In this document: piece after piece, positions 18,556 through 27,840 of the stretch | Position numbering within the stretch: position 1 is the stretch's first letter | Layout of the letters: each line of letters opens with the position of its first letter | Assembly (NCBI GenBank): GCA_020622105.1 | Contig: JAHRYP010000002.1 | Span: 14,176-78,175 of the forward strand | Direction of reading: 5' to 3' | DNA: 64,000 bases | From: Methylotenera sp. | GTDB lineage: Bacteria > Pseudomonadota > Gammaproteobacteria > Burkholderiales > Methylophilaceae | Translations under genes and position numbers: made by a program | Notes under the pieces: model-generated | Databases searched by the model: none | The model's input: only the letters and a program-made list of their open reading frames with translations | Told to the model about the DNA's origin: nothing

Positions 18556-19377
18556 TTAAACGGAAAAACGACGTTGCAATTCGTCCAAGTTCAGTTCATT
18601 CAAAATTGCATCTAATCTATCTTGCGCATTTTTACGCGGCTGCCCAGTATATTTAGCAATAATCAATTCGTTTTTCATGGAGTGCTCCCACCCTACCAGC
18701 TCGGTCACAGTAAGGCTGTAGCCAGCGCTTTCCAGCTGCAAGCAACGCAATACATTGGTGATCTGGCTGCCGAATTCACGCGTATGGATAGGATGACGCC
18801 AGATTTCACTCAGCGGTGTTTTAGCAAAACTTTCGTTTTTATGCTTTCTCAACACTTCGGCTACTTCAGCTTGGCAGCATGGCACCAGCACCATATATTT
18901 GGCATGTTTTTTCAATCCAAACTGAATGGCATCATCGGTTGCGGTATTGCATGCGTGAAGTGCTGTCACAATATCCACACGCTCTGGAATAGCTGGTGAG
19001 GAGATGGACTCCTCTACAGTCAGATGTTCAAAGTGCATACGCTCAAACCCAAGCTGGGCAGCCAGCGCCTTCGAACGCTCCACCAACTCTGCACGTGTTT
19101 CGATACCTATCACTAGACCTGCGTCTAATTGCTTTAACAGCAGGTCATACAGAATAAATCCGAGGTATGACTTCCCTGCCCCATGGTCAACCAATACCGG
19201 ATTAGTATTGCTAGCCAAAACATCATTAAACAAGGGCTCAATAAAATTAACCAGATGGTAGACCTGCTTCAGCTTACGGCGGCTATCCTGATTAAGCTTA
19301 CCGTCACGCGTTAAAATATGCAGCGCTTTGAGCAGTTCTATGGATTGATTAGGTTTTATTTCTGGGATAAGTGTCAT
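18556..19377 (-). CDS. Class I SAM-dependent methyltransferase
   Basis: VDHGAGKSYLG SAM motif; ALHACNTATD and VPCCQ motifs. Confidence 0.85.
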   Translation of the reverse strand: MTLIPEIKPNQSIELLKALHILTRDGKLNQDSRRKLKQVYHLVNFIEPLFNDVLASNTNPVLVDHGAGKSYLGFILYDLLLKQLDAGLVIGIETRAELVERSKALAAQLGFERMHFEHLTVEESISSPAIPERVDIVTALHACNTATDDAIQFGLKKHAKYMVLVPCCQAEVAEVLRKHKNESFAKTPLSEIWRHPIHTREFGSQITNVLRCLQLESAGYSLTVTELVGWEHSMKNELIIAKYTGQPRKNAQDRLDAILNELNLDELQRRFSV

Positions 19378-19440
19378 ATGCGCATTTTAAATCAAAAACA
19401 ATTTGGCCGCTGATTCTCACTGATTAACGCAGATAAAAAT

Positions 19441-19467
19441 TTGAATCGTTGCGCTAAATGCTAAAAT
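19441..19467 (+). promoter_or_regulatory. Candidate sigma70 promoter for ylqF
   Basis: TTGAAT (19441-46) and extended -10 TGcTAAAAT (19459-67). The spacer is a short 15 nt, so the call is tentative. Confidence 0.4.
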
Positions 19468-19488
19468 ACGCCTTTAGTAGCAACCTGA

Positions 19489-19592
19489 ATTTCGTTTCAT
19501 CATCAAGAGATGACGAGGCGACAAGCCGAAGGCAGTGCGTATAGCACGACTAGGCGCAGGCAACAAAGTCAGAATTGATGAGGAAATGAAAT
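19489..19592 (+). repeat. About 100-bp element bounded by 18-bp imperfect inverted repeats in the ylqF leader
   Basis: atttcgtttcatcatcaa (19489-19506) pairs with ttgatgaggaaatgaaat (19575-19592) at 16/18; internal hairpin gtgc-gtata-gcac. Confidence 0.6.
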
Positions 19593-19594
19593 AA

Positions 19595-20557
19595 ATGGCG
19601 ATTCAATGGTATCCGGGACATATGACCCAAGCACGCAAAAAAGCCGAAGAAACCATGGAGTTTACCGACATGGTGATTGAGGTGCTGGATGCGCGCGTAC
19701 CTGCTGCCAGCCACAATCCGATGATTGACGAGATGCGCCTGTTCCGTCAGCGCCCGCAGCTCAAAATTTTAAATAAAGCTGATCTTGCAGATCCAGACAT
19801 TACTCAAGCGTGGCTTAATTATTTTAATGCGCAGCCCAATACTAAAGCTGTGGCGCTTTCATGCAAGAAACCCGGTGATGTTAAGAAAATTCCTGCCATC
19901 TGCCGCAAAATTGCGCCGCACCGTGGAACACACTTAAAACCATTGCGTATGCTGATTATGGGCATTCCGAACGTTGGCAAATCTACACTCATGAACGCCC
20001 TGCTCAACCGTCGTGTAGCAAAAGTGGGCGATGAACCTGCCGTGACCAAAAGCCAACAGCGTTTTGATATTGACGACACCATGAGCATCACCGACACACC
20101 GGGCATGATGTGGCCTAGAATTGCTTACGAATCAGACGGTTACATGCTGGCTGCTAGCCATGCCATTGGTCGTAATGCGGTCATTGATGAAGACGTCGCA
20201 ACGTTTTTAGCCAACAATCTGCTCAAAACCTATCCGGCTCTGCTGAATGTACGCTATAAGCTGGATGCAATGAAGCTGGACGTGACCAAAATGGATGGCG
20301 TGGATTTGCTGGAAGCAATTGCAAAACGCCGCTCTTACAAACGCCATGATGGCCTATGGGACATGGAAAAAACGGCTGTTGCTTTCCTCACCGATTATCG
20401 CAGTGGCGCTATTGGCCGCGTGAGTCTGGAATCGCCAAGTTCCAGAGTTGAAATGATTGCACACACAAAACCAGAACAAGCTGAACAAGCAGATAAATCA
20501 GAAAGTAGCTCAGATAGCGCTTCAGATAACGACAGCACAGCTGACACAGCACTGTAA
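19595..20557 (+). CDS. ylqF: Ribosome biogenesis GTPase YlqF/RbgA
   Basis: MAIQWYPGHM start; circularly permuted GTPase order DAR / NKADL / GIPNVGKST / DTPG. Confidence 0.96.
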   Translation: MAIQWYPGHMTQARKKAEETMEFTDMVIEVLDARVPAASHNPMIDEMRLFRQRPQLKILNKADLADPDITQAWLNYFNAQPNTKAVALSCKKPGDVKKIPAICRKIAPHRGTHLKPLRMLIMGIPNVGKSTLMNALLNRRVAKVGDEPAVTKSQQRFDIDDTMSITDTPGMMWPRIAYESDGYMLAASHAIGRNAVIDEDVATFLANNLLKTYPALLNVRYKLDAMKLDVTKMDGVDLLEAIAKRRSYKRHDGLWDMEKTAVAFLTDYRSGAIGRVSLESPSSRVEMIAHTKPEQAEQADKSESSSDSASDNDSTADTAL

Positions 20558-20566
20558 GACCCCGTA

Positions 20567-22585
20567 ATGCTCAACTCAATGAATGCGCCTCAGCGCGAGG
20601 CAGTAAAATATCTTGATGGTCCGCTATTGGTACTCGCTGGTGCCGGTAGCGGCAAAACCCGCGTGATTACCCAGAAAATCAGTTACCTGATTAAGGAAGC
20701 GGATTATAGCCCGAAAGAAATTGCCGCAATTACCTTTACCAATAAAGCCGCACTGGAAATGCAAGAGCGTGTAAGCAAGTTGATGCAGGGTACAAACATC
20801 AAGGGCTTAACGATCGCAACATTCCACTCGCTAGGCCTGCAAATGCTGCGCGCCGAGGCGGCACTGCTTGGTTATAAGCCACAGTTCTCTATTCTTGATT
20901 CATCCGATAGCTTCAAGATACTGGCTGACGTACTGGCAACTACCGACAAACAACTGCTGCGCAAAACGCAGTGGCAGATCTCCAGCTGGAAGAATGCTTT
21001 CATTAATCCGGATCAGGCCAAAGCGCAGGCGGATGAAGACCTTACCGTAGCTGCAGCGAAGGTGTATCAGATCTACCAGCAAACACTCAAAGCGTACCAA
21101 GCAGTAGATTTTGATGATTTAATCAAACTGCCGGTTGAATTATTTGAGAAGCATGAAGAAGCGCTAAATAAATGGCAGCGCAAACTGCAATACCTGCTGA
21201 TTGATGAATACCAGGATACCAACGCCTGCCAGTACAAGCTGGTGAAGATGCTCACCGGTGTGCGCGGCCAATTTACCGCTGTGGGTGATGATGATCAGGC
21301 CATCTATGGCTGGCGCGGTGCTGATGTTGAAAACCTGCGCCAGCTCACTACCGACTTCAGCAAGCTTAAAGTGATTAAACTGGAACAGAATTACCGCTCT
21401 ACCGTGCGCATTCTGCGTGCCGCCAATCAGGTCATCAGCAATAACCCGAAACTGTTCGAGAAAAAACTGTGGAGTGAGCATGGCACCGGTGACATGATTC
21501 AGATTACTGCAGCCATGAGCGAAGAACACGAGGCAGAAAGCGTTGTGATGAAGTTACAGGCGCACAAGTTTGAAAACCGCACCTACTACAAAGATTATGC
21601 CATCCTTTACCGCGGCAACCATCAGGCGCGTATTCTCGAGCAGCATTTACGCAACCAGAAAATCCCCTACACAGTGTCGGGCGGACAATCGTTTTTTGAT
21701 AAAGCTGAAATCAAGGATTTGATCAGCTACCTGCGCTTAGTGGCAAACGAAGACGATGACCCTGCATTTATCCGCGCTGCGACCACGCCTAAAAAAGGCA
21801 TCGGCAATACCACGCTGGAACGCCTAGGCGAATATGCCAGTGCACATAAGATATCACTGTTTGCGGCCGCTTTTGAAGGCGGCTTTCAAAGTGAAATCGG
21901 CAACAAACAGCTGGAAGATTTACTTAATTTTTGCCAATATATCAATAAATTGCAGGATAGAGCCGTACGCGACCCGGCTGGCGATGTATTAAATGATTTG
22001 CTGGCAGCAATTCAATATGAAGCATTTCTATATGACAGTGAAGAACAGCGTGCAGCCGAAGTTAAATGGGCTAACGTATTGGACTTCATTGGCTGGCTGA
22101 CTAAAAAAGGTGAGCCAAGCACCGAATATGGCAATGAAACCGATGGTAAAAACCTGCTGGAACTGACACAGATGGTGTCACTGATGAGCATGCTTGAGGG
22201 TCGCGAAAATGGCGAGCCGGATGCGGTAAAACTATCTACGTTGCATGCCTCCAAAGGCCTCGAGTTTGGCCATGTGTTTCTGATCGGCTGTGAAGAAGGC
22301 ATATTGCCACACCGCGAGAGCGTAGATAATGGGAAAATTGAAGAGGAACGCCGCCTCATGTACGTTGGCATTACGCGTGCGCAAAAGTCACTGAATATTT
22401 CATGGTGCAAAAAGCGTAAACGTGCCGGTGAAATGGAAATGTGCGAACCTAGCCGCTTCATTGCAGAGATTCCCAAAGATGACGTGCGCCATTTTGGCAA
22501 CCCGTTCAATAAAGACCCGGAAGCCAGCAAAGATTTCGGAAAATCCAAAATGGCTAACATCAGAGCCATGCTGGGTAAGAATTAG
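20567..22585 (+). CDS. rep: ATP-dependent DNA helicase Rep (UvrD/Rep family)
   Basis: AGAGSGKT, TFTNKAA, LIDEYQDTN, VGDDDQAIY, LEQNYRS, TLHASKGLEF, EERRLMYVGITRA; lacks the UvrD C-terminal extension. Confidence 0.93.
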   Translation: MLNSMNAPQREAVKYLDGPLLVLAGAGSGKTRVITQKISYLIKEADYSPKEIAAITFTNKAALEMQERVSKLMQGTNIKGLTIATFHSLGLQMLRAEAALLGYKPQFSILDSSDSFKILADVLATTDKQLLRKTQWQISSWKNAFINPDQAKAQADEDLTVAAAKVYQIYQQTLKAYQAVDFDDLIKLPVELFEKHEEALNKWQRKLQYLLIDEYQDTNACQYKLVKMLTGVRGQFTAVGDDDQAIYGWRGADVENLRQLTTDFSKLKVIKLEQNYRSTVRILRAANQVISNNPKLFEKKLWSEHGTGDMIQITAAMSEEHEAESVVMKLQAHKFENRTYYKDYAILYRGNHQARILEQHLRNQKIPYTVSGGQSFFDKAEIKDLISYLRLVANEDDDPAFIRAATTPKKGIGNTTLERLGEYASAHKISLFAAAFEGGFQSEIGNKQLEDLLNFCQYINKLQDRAVRDPAGDVLNDLLAAIQYEAFLYDSEEQRAAEVKWANVLDFIGWLTKKGEPSTEYGNETDGKNLLELTQMVSLMSMLEGRENGEPDAVKLSTLHASKGLEFGHVFLIGCEEGILPHRESVDNGKIEEERRLMYVGITRAQKSLNISWCKKRKRAGEMEMCEPSRFIAEIPKDDVRHFGNPFNKDPEASKDFGKSKMANIRAMLGKN

Positions 22586-22649
22586 CAGTTTTTAAGATAC
22601 TTAAGCCGGCAATAGCCGCAACCATACAAAAAATATTTGAAAGTTACAC

Positions 22650-24572
22650 ATGCCGTACATCACCTTAGATAACGCCTCACTTGCCTACGGCCATCACGCC
22701 TTGCTCGACCATGCATCTTTTCAACTGGATGCCGGCGAACGCGTCGGCCTGATCGGCCGCAACGGTGCCGGTAAATCCAGCCTACTGAAAGTCATTGCAG
22801 GCACATCAAAACTGGATGATGGTACGGTATGGCGCGACCCCGGCGCACGTGTCGTTTATGTACCGCAAGAGCCGGAACTGGATGCCACACATACCGTATT
22901 TGAAGCGGTGTCTGAAGGGTTAGGCAACTTACAGCAAACCATTGTAGATTATCATCAGGTCACGCACGATATGGGCATGCCAGATGCAGACATCGATGCG
23001 CTTATGACACGCATGCAAGCCTTGCAGCATGACCTTGATGCACATAATGGCTGGGCTGCACAATCGCGTGTTGAGGCGGTTTTGAGCCGCTTAAATCTGG
23101 ATGCCGACGCACTGATCAGCACCCTGTCTGGCGGTTGGCGAAAGCGCGTAGCATTGGGTCGTGCATTGGTTGCCGAGCCTGAGGTATTGCTGCTGGATGA
23201 ACCGACCAACCATCTGGATCTGAGTGCAATCGAGTGGCTGGAAGATTTGCTGCTGGGTTTTAACGGCAGTGTGCTGTTTATTACCCATGACCGACGCTTT
23301 CTGGATAGGCTGGCAACACGTATCACCGAACTGGATCGCGGCAAACTGACAGACTTCACGGGTAACTTCACCCAGTACCAGGCTAAAAAAGAAGAATTAT
23401 TAGCAGTTGAAGAAACCCATGCTGCAAAATTTGATAAATTCCTGGCGCAGGAAGAAGTATGGATACGCCAAGGCATCAAAGCACGCCGCACACGTAATGA
23501 AGGCCGCGTACGCCGCCTGGAATCGCTGCGACTGGAACGTGCCGCACGCCGTGAACGCCAAGGCAATGTAAAACTCAATGTGGATGCTGGTGAACGCAGT
23601 GGCAAACTGATTGCCGAGTTAGAAAACGTCAGCAAAGGCTATGGCGACAAAGTGCTGATTAAAGATTTCAGTACGCGTATTTTACGCGGTGACAAAATCG
23701 GCTTACTGGGCCCGAACGGCATCGGTAAAACCACCCTGCTCAAACTGATTCTCGGTGAAATCGAGCCAGATAGCGGCCATATTGAACGCGGCAGCAAACA
23801 AAGCGTTGCTTATTTTGACCAGATGCGCGAACAATTGGATGAAGAAGCAACCTTAGCAGACACGATCAGTCCGGGTTCTGACTTTGTAGAAATCGGCAAC
23901 GAACGTAAACATGTCATCAGCTACCTGGAAGACTTTCTGTTCCCGCCACAGCGCTCACGCTCACCGGTAAAATCACTTTCCGGTGGCGAACGCAACCGCT
24001 TGCTGCTGGCGCGTCTGTTCGCACGCCCTGCTAACATTCTAGTGCTGGATGAACCCACCAACGACTTGGACATTGACACACTTGAACTGCTGGAAAACCT
24101 GCTGCAAGACTTTAATGGCACCTTATTCCTTGTCAGCCATGACCGTGCTTTCCTCGAAAACACTGTGACACAGGTCATTGCGTTTGAAGGCAACGGTAAG
24201 CTGACAGAATTTGGCGGTGGTTATGACGATTGGCAACGCTATACGCAAAAACGCATCGAGGATGAAAAAGCAATCAATAATGCTCAGCAGGCTAAAGCCA
24301 AACAATCTGCTGTATCTGCAAACGCAAACCAGTCTGTATCAAAACCGGCAGCATCGAAACTGAGCTTTAAAGAACAAAAAGAGCTGGAAGAGCTACCGCT
24401 TGCCATTGATAAACTTGAAAACGAACAAGCCAGTATCAATGCAGAGCTCATAAAACCGGAAAACTATTCAAATGCTGCGCTAATAAAAACATTGCAGACA
24501 CGTTTAGACGAAATTACTGCAGAAATAGAAAATAAAATAACCAGATGGGATGCGCTGGAAAAAAAACTATAA
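22650..24572 (+). CDS. uup: ABC-F family ATPase Uup
   Basis: Two ABC cassettes without TM segments, KARRTRNEGRVR linker and C-terminal KLSFKEQKEL coiled-coil. Confidence 0.94.
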   Translation: MPYITLDNASLAYGHHALLDHASFQLDAGERVGLIGRNGAGKSSLLKVIAGTSKLDDGTVWRDPGARVVYVPQEPELDATHTVFEAVSEGLGNLQQTIVDYHQVTHDMGMPDADIDALMTRMQALQHDLDAHNGWAAQSRVEAVLSRLNLDADALISTLSGGWRKRVALGRALVAEPEVLLLDEPTNHLDLSAIEWLEDLLLGFNGSVLFITHDRRFLDRLATRITELDRGKLTDFTGNFTQYQAKKEELLAVEETHAAKFDKFLAQEEVWIRQGIKARRTRNEGRVRRLESLRLERAARRERQGNVKLNVDAGERSGKLIAELENVSKGYGDKVLIKDFSTRILRGDKIGLLGPNGIGKTTLLKLILGEIEPDSGHIERGSKQSVAYFDQMREQLDEEATLADTISPGSDFVEIGNERKHVISYLEDFLFPPQRSRSPVKSLSGGERNRLLLARLFARPANILVLDEPTNDLDIDTLELLENLLQDFNGTLFLVSHDRAFLENTVTQVIAFEGNGKLTEFGGGYDDWQRYTQKRIEDEKAINNAQQAKAKQSAVSANANQSVSKPAASKLSFKEQKELEELPLAIDKLENEQASINAELIKPENYSNAALIKTLQTRLDEITAEIENKITRWDALEKKL

Positions 24573-24576
24573 CGGC

Positions 24577-24613
24577 ATAGGCTTGAATTAGCTTGAAGCT
24601 AATTCAAGCCTAT
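24577..24613. terminator. Long near-perfect palindrome between convergent genes
   Basis: ataggcttgaattagctt-g-aagctaattcaagcctat: 18-bp arms separated by one base. Confidence 0.6.
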
Positions 24614-24644
24614 TGGCTGCTAACATTTGCTACCAGTTATAGAA

Positions 24645-27600
24645 TTAAGACGACACAGCAAGCTGCTCCGCCTCATAACCCCGCATTTTCAGTAATTCTT
24701 CGAACTGCACAATTGGTAGAGGTCTGCTGAACAAATAGCCTTGGTAGGATGTGCACCCTTTATTGAGCAGGAATTGCAGCTGTTCCTCGGTTTCTACGCC
24801 TTCAGCAATAATATCCAGGCTTAAGCTTTTCGCCATTGCAATGATGGTATGCACAATCGCCTGATCACTGACATCCGTGATCAAGTCACGCACAAAAGAT
24901 TGATCGATTTTCAGTTGATTTAATGGCAGGCGTTTAAGATACATCAATGATGAATAGCCGGTACCAAAATCATCGAGGGAGAACTGAACGCCAATTTCTC
25001 TCAACGTAGTCATGGTCACAATAATTTCCTCTACATCATCCAGCAACAGGCTTTCGGTAAGTTCCAGCTTAAGTAATGATGGATTAATGCCATGACGATT
25101 CACAGCATCCTGCACTTGCTCAACAAAGTCAGCCTGACGGAACTGTTTTGCGCTGACATTAATTGATAATACGATATCTTTGGTGAACGCACTTTGCTGC
25201 CAGACTTTCAACTGAGCGCATGCAGTTTCGATCACCCATTTGCCGATTGGCAAAATCAAGCCGATTTCTTCAGCGAGCGAGATAAAATGGAAAGGCAACA
25301 CCATGCCGCGTTCGGGGTGCATCCAGCGGATCAAGGCTTCTGCACCTAATGCCTGACCTAAATTATTAACCTGAAGCTGGTAGTGCAACTGGAACTGGTC
25401 GTTATCGAAAGCCTTATGCAATTCTCTTTCAAGCACAGCTCGGTTATTGATAACCTCCTGCATGACAGGGTCGAAGAAACGTATTGCATTACGCCCGGCA
25501 GTTTTGGACTGATACATGGCAATATCAGCCTGTTTGAGAAGCTCATCCGAGCCTACTTCGTGGCCGCTGAATAATGTAGCGCCAATGCTGGTGGTACTAT
25601 GATACTCGTATGTATTCAGGTGATAGGCCTGGTTGAGAACGTTTAGAATCTTTTCACAAATAATTTCCGCTTGTCTGGCAGCCTCAAATATAGAGTCACT
25701 GAGACCTTCCAGCATGATGACAAATTCATCACCGCCAATACGGGCAACGGTATCACCTTCACGCACGCACGAAGTGAGTCTTTCCGAAACTTGCTTCAAT
25801 AACAAATCACCCACGTCATGACCGAGCGTATCATTCAGCGTCTTAAAATGGTCAAGATCAAGAAACAGAATAGCACCACCACCTTTACCTCTGGCGCTGG
25901 TGACAAGTGCCTGGCTTAAACGATCCATCAGCAGTCGACGGTTTGGTAAACCAGTCAATGAGTCATAATAGGCTAAATGCTGAATCTCTTCTTCAGCTGA
26001 CTTACGTGAAGTAATATCAACTAGTGTTGCAACGTAGTTTACTGTCGCGCCATCGCGTCCTTTTACTGCGGTAAAGGTGAGGTGTGCTGGGTATACCTCA
26101 CCATTTTTACGCCGGTTCCAAACTTCACCTTCCCATGAGCCGGTATTGACAATGCTTTCCCACATGCTAGCGTAAAAATCCATATCATGACGACCGGAAC
26201 TGAGCATACCTGGATGTTTTCCTATGATTTCATCTTCGGAGTACCCGGTGATTTGGGTACAGGCACTATTTACCCTGAGTATTACCCTGTTGGCATCGGT
26301 TACCAACATACCTTCTTGAGATTCAAAAGCGATGGCAGCAATCTGCAGATTCTGTTCAATCATCTTACGCTCGATCGCAATTCCAGCCAGCCTGGCAGAT
26401 TGCTCAAGAATGGAAAGGTCGAACTTGGAGTGCTCATGCGGCTCGTTGTGATATATGGCAAACGTACCCAGCAACTCTCCGGATGATGAACGGACTGGCT
26501 GTGAGCAGCAAGCGCCAAATCGAGCCTGCATCGCTAAATCTTTCAGCGAAATCCAATATGGATGCGTAGCAATATTTTCAACAACAACGCGCTCACCGGT
26601 AAATACAGCTGCAGAACATGAGCCGAACCCTACGCCGATTTCAACTCGGCTAATGGCTGTTCTAAAGAAAATTGGCAGGTTATTTGCAACGCATTTACTG
26701 AAAAATTTACTCTCAGGATCTAACAGCATGACGGTGCAGGTCATTTCTGGATTAAGTTTTTCGACCCCGCGTACGATCACTTTAAGGATATTAGGCAGTG
26801 GTTCATCGCTTGCAAGTTGTTCAAAAATAACATTGCGCAGATGTTCGTATTTTTCAGATCTTTTCTGTTCACGATTTTTCTCGATCAAGCTGGCCTGCAT
26901 TCTTGCTAAACATGCCAATGCACTATTGTCCATTTCATCTGTAACAGTATCTGCATGCAATAAATTTCCATTACTTATTCTAGTAACGTGCTTATGTACA
27001 TCATCTACAGAGCCGCCCAATTGCGCCCTCAAAGCCAAATAAGCCTTTCTACCCGTAAATACAAAGGCGAAAGTAAATAATATGGCCAAAATTTTCAGAA
27101 TTTCAGAAAACGTTTCCGCAGATTTTGCCGCATTCAAGCTACGCTCGGTGACCGTTGCACTGACATCGTTAATCGACTTCATAATGCTGGCAATTGCCTG
27201 CTGATAGCTTTCATCCTGTAGCATCTGAGTTGCTCTGGCGCGCCTGACATCAACATCTGCGCCTGTTGCTTCAATCAATCGCATCGCGTTAAGTTCGGTA
27301 GTGTTGATATCGGCAAATCTGGAGTCAGCAAGTTTAAGCTTTTGATACTCCTGCTTTGAAAAGCCTTCATAGCTAATTAAATCAAGTAATGCTATCGGCT
27401 GCTCAGCAGACATTCTATTTTTGATAACAAAACCCAAATAAGGTAGATTGTATTTTTCAGGCCTAACCTGATGACCTTCGCGTATATCCAGAATATTCTG
27501 ATATTGCTTTTTATAAACCGGATTAGCTGTTGCAACATAGGTTAACGCCATTCTTCTCTGATCATCCAAAGACTGACGATACTCACTCAACAACAACACG

Positions 27601-27746
27601 GATTGATATCGGATCCCTTTGGCATCATCGATCTTTTTTTCCAATATTACATGCGATACAAAATAAATTGCGATAGCTATGAGTAGCCAGATGGAAGTCC
27701 ATATATATCTGGCAAACGGACTCATTGACATGTATTTTATTGCCAT
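24645..27746 (-). CDS. Membrane-anchored GAF-PAS-GGDEF-EAL hybrid (c-di-GMP cyclase/phosphodiesterase)
   Basis: Two TMs, GAF (SCSAAVFTGERVVVENI), PAS, IGGDEF with REGD I-site, AEALIRW, LELTES, LDDFGTGYSSL, AEGVET. Confidence 0.93.
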   Translation of the reverse strand: MAIKYMSMSPFARYIWTSIWLLIAIAIYFVSHVILEKKIDDAKGIRYQSVLLLSEYRQSLDDQRRMALTYVATANPVYKKQYQNILDIREGHQVRPEKYNLPYLGFVIKNRMSAEQPIALLDLISYEGFSKQEYQKLKLADSRFADINTTELNAMRLIEATGADVDVRRARATQMLQDESYQQAIASIMKSINDVSATVTERSLNAAKSAETFSEILKILAILFTFAFVFTGRKAYLALRAQLGGSVDDVHKHVTRISNGNLLHADTVTDEMDNSALACLARMQASLIEKNREQKRSEKYEHLRNVIFEQLASDEPLPNILKVIVRGVEKLNPEMTCTVMLLDPESKFFSKCVANNLPIFFRTAISRVEIGVGFGSCSAAVFTGERVVVENIATHPYWISLKDLAMQARFGACCSQPVRSSSGELLGTFAIYHNEPHEHSKFDLSILEQSARLAGIAIERKMIEQNLQIAAIAFESQEGMLVTDANRVILRVNSACTQITGYSEDEIIGKHPGMLSSGRHDMDFYASMWESIVNTGSWEGEVWNRRKNGEVYPAHLTFTAVKGRDGATVNYVATLVDITSRKSAEEEIQHLAYYDSLTGLPNRRLLMDRLSQALVTSARGKGGGAILFLDLDHFKTLNDTLGHDVGDLLLKQVSERLTSCVREGDTVARIGGDEFVIMLEGLSDSIFEAARQAEIICEKILNVLNQAYHLNTYEYHSTTSIGATLFSGHEVGSDELLKQADIAMYQSKTAGRNAIRFFDPVMQEVINNRAVLERELHKAFDNDQFQLHYQLQVNNLGQALGAEALIRWMHPERGMVLPFHFISLAEEIGLILPIGKWVIETACAQLKVWQQSAFTKDIVLSINVSAKQFRQADFVEQVQDAVNRHGINPSLLKLELTESLLLDDVEEIIVTMTTLREIGVQFSLDDFGTGYSSLMYLKRLPLNQLKIDQSFVRDLITDVSDQAIVHTIIAMAKSLSLDIIAEGVETEEQLQFLLNKGCTSYQGYLFSRPLPIVQFEELLKMRGYEAEQLAVSS

Positions 27747-27840
27747 AACCTGCCCTGAAAAGATGTGGCTATGATGAACATCATTCTTATTAATGATTGC
27801 ACAAAGCCAAATGTTGTTTTATCTGATTCAGCAATCATAA

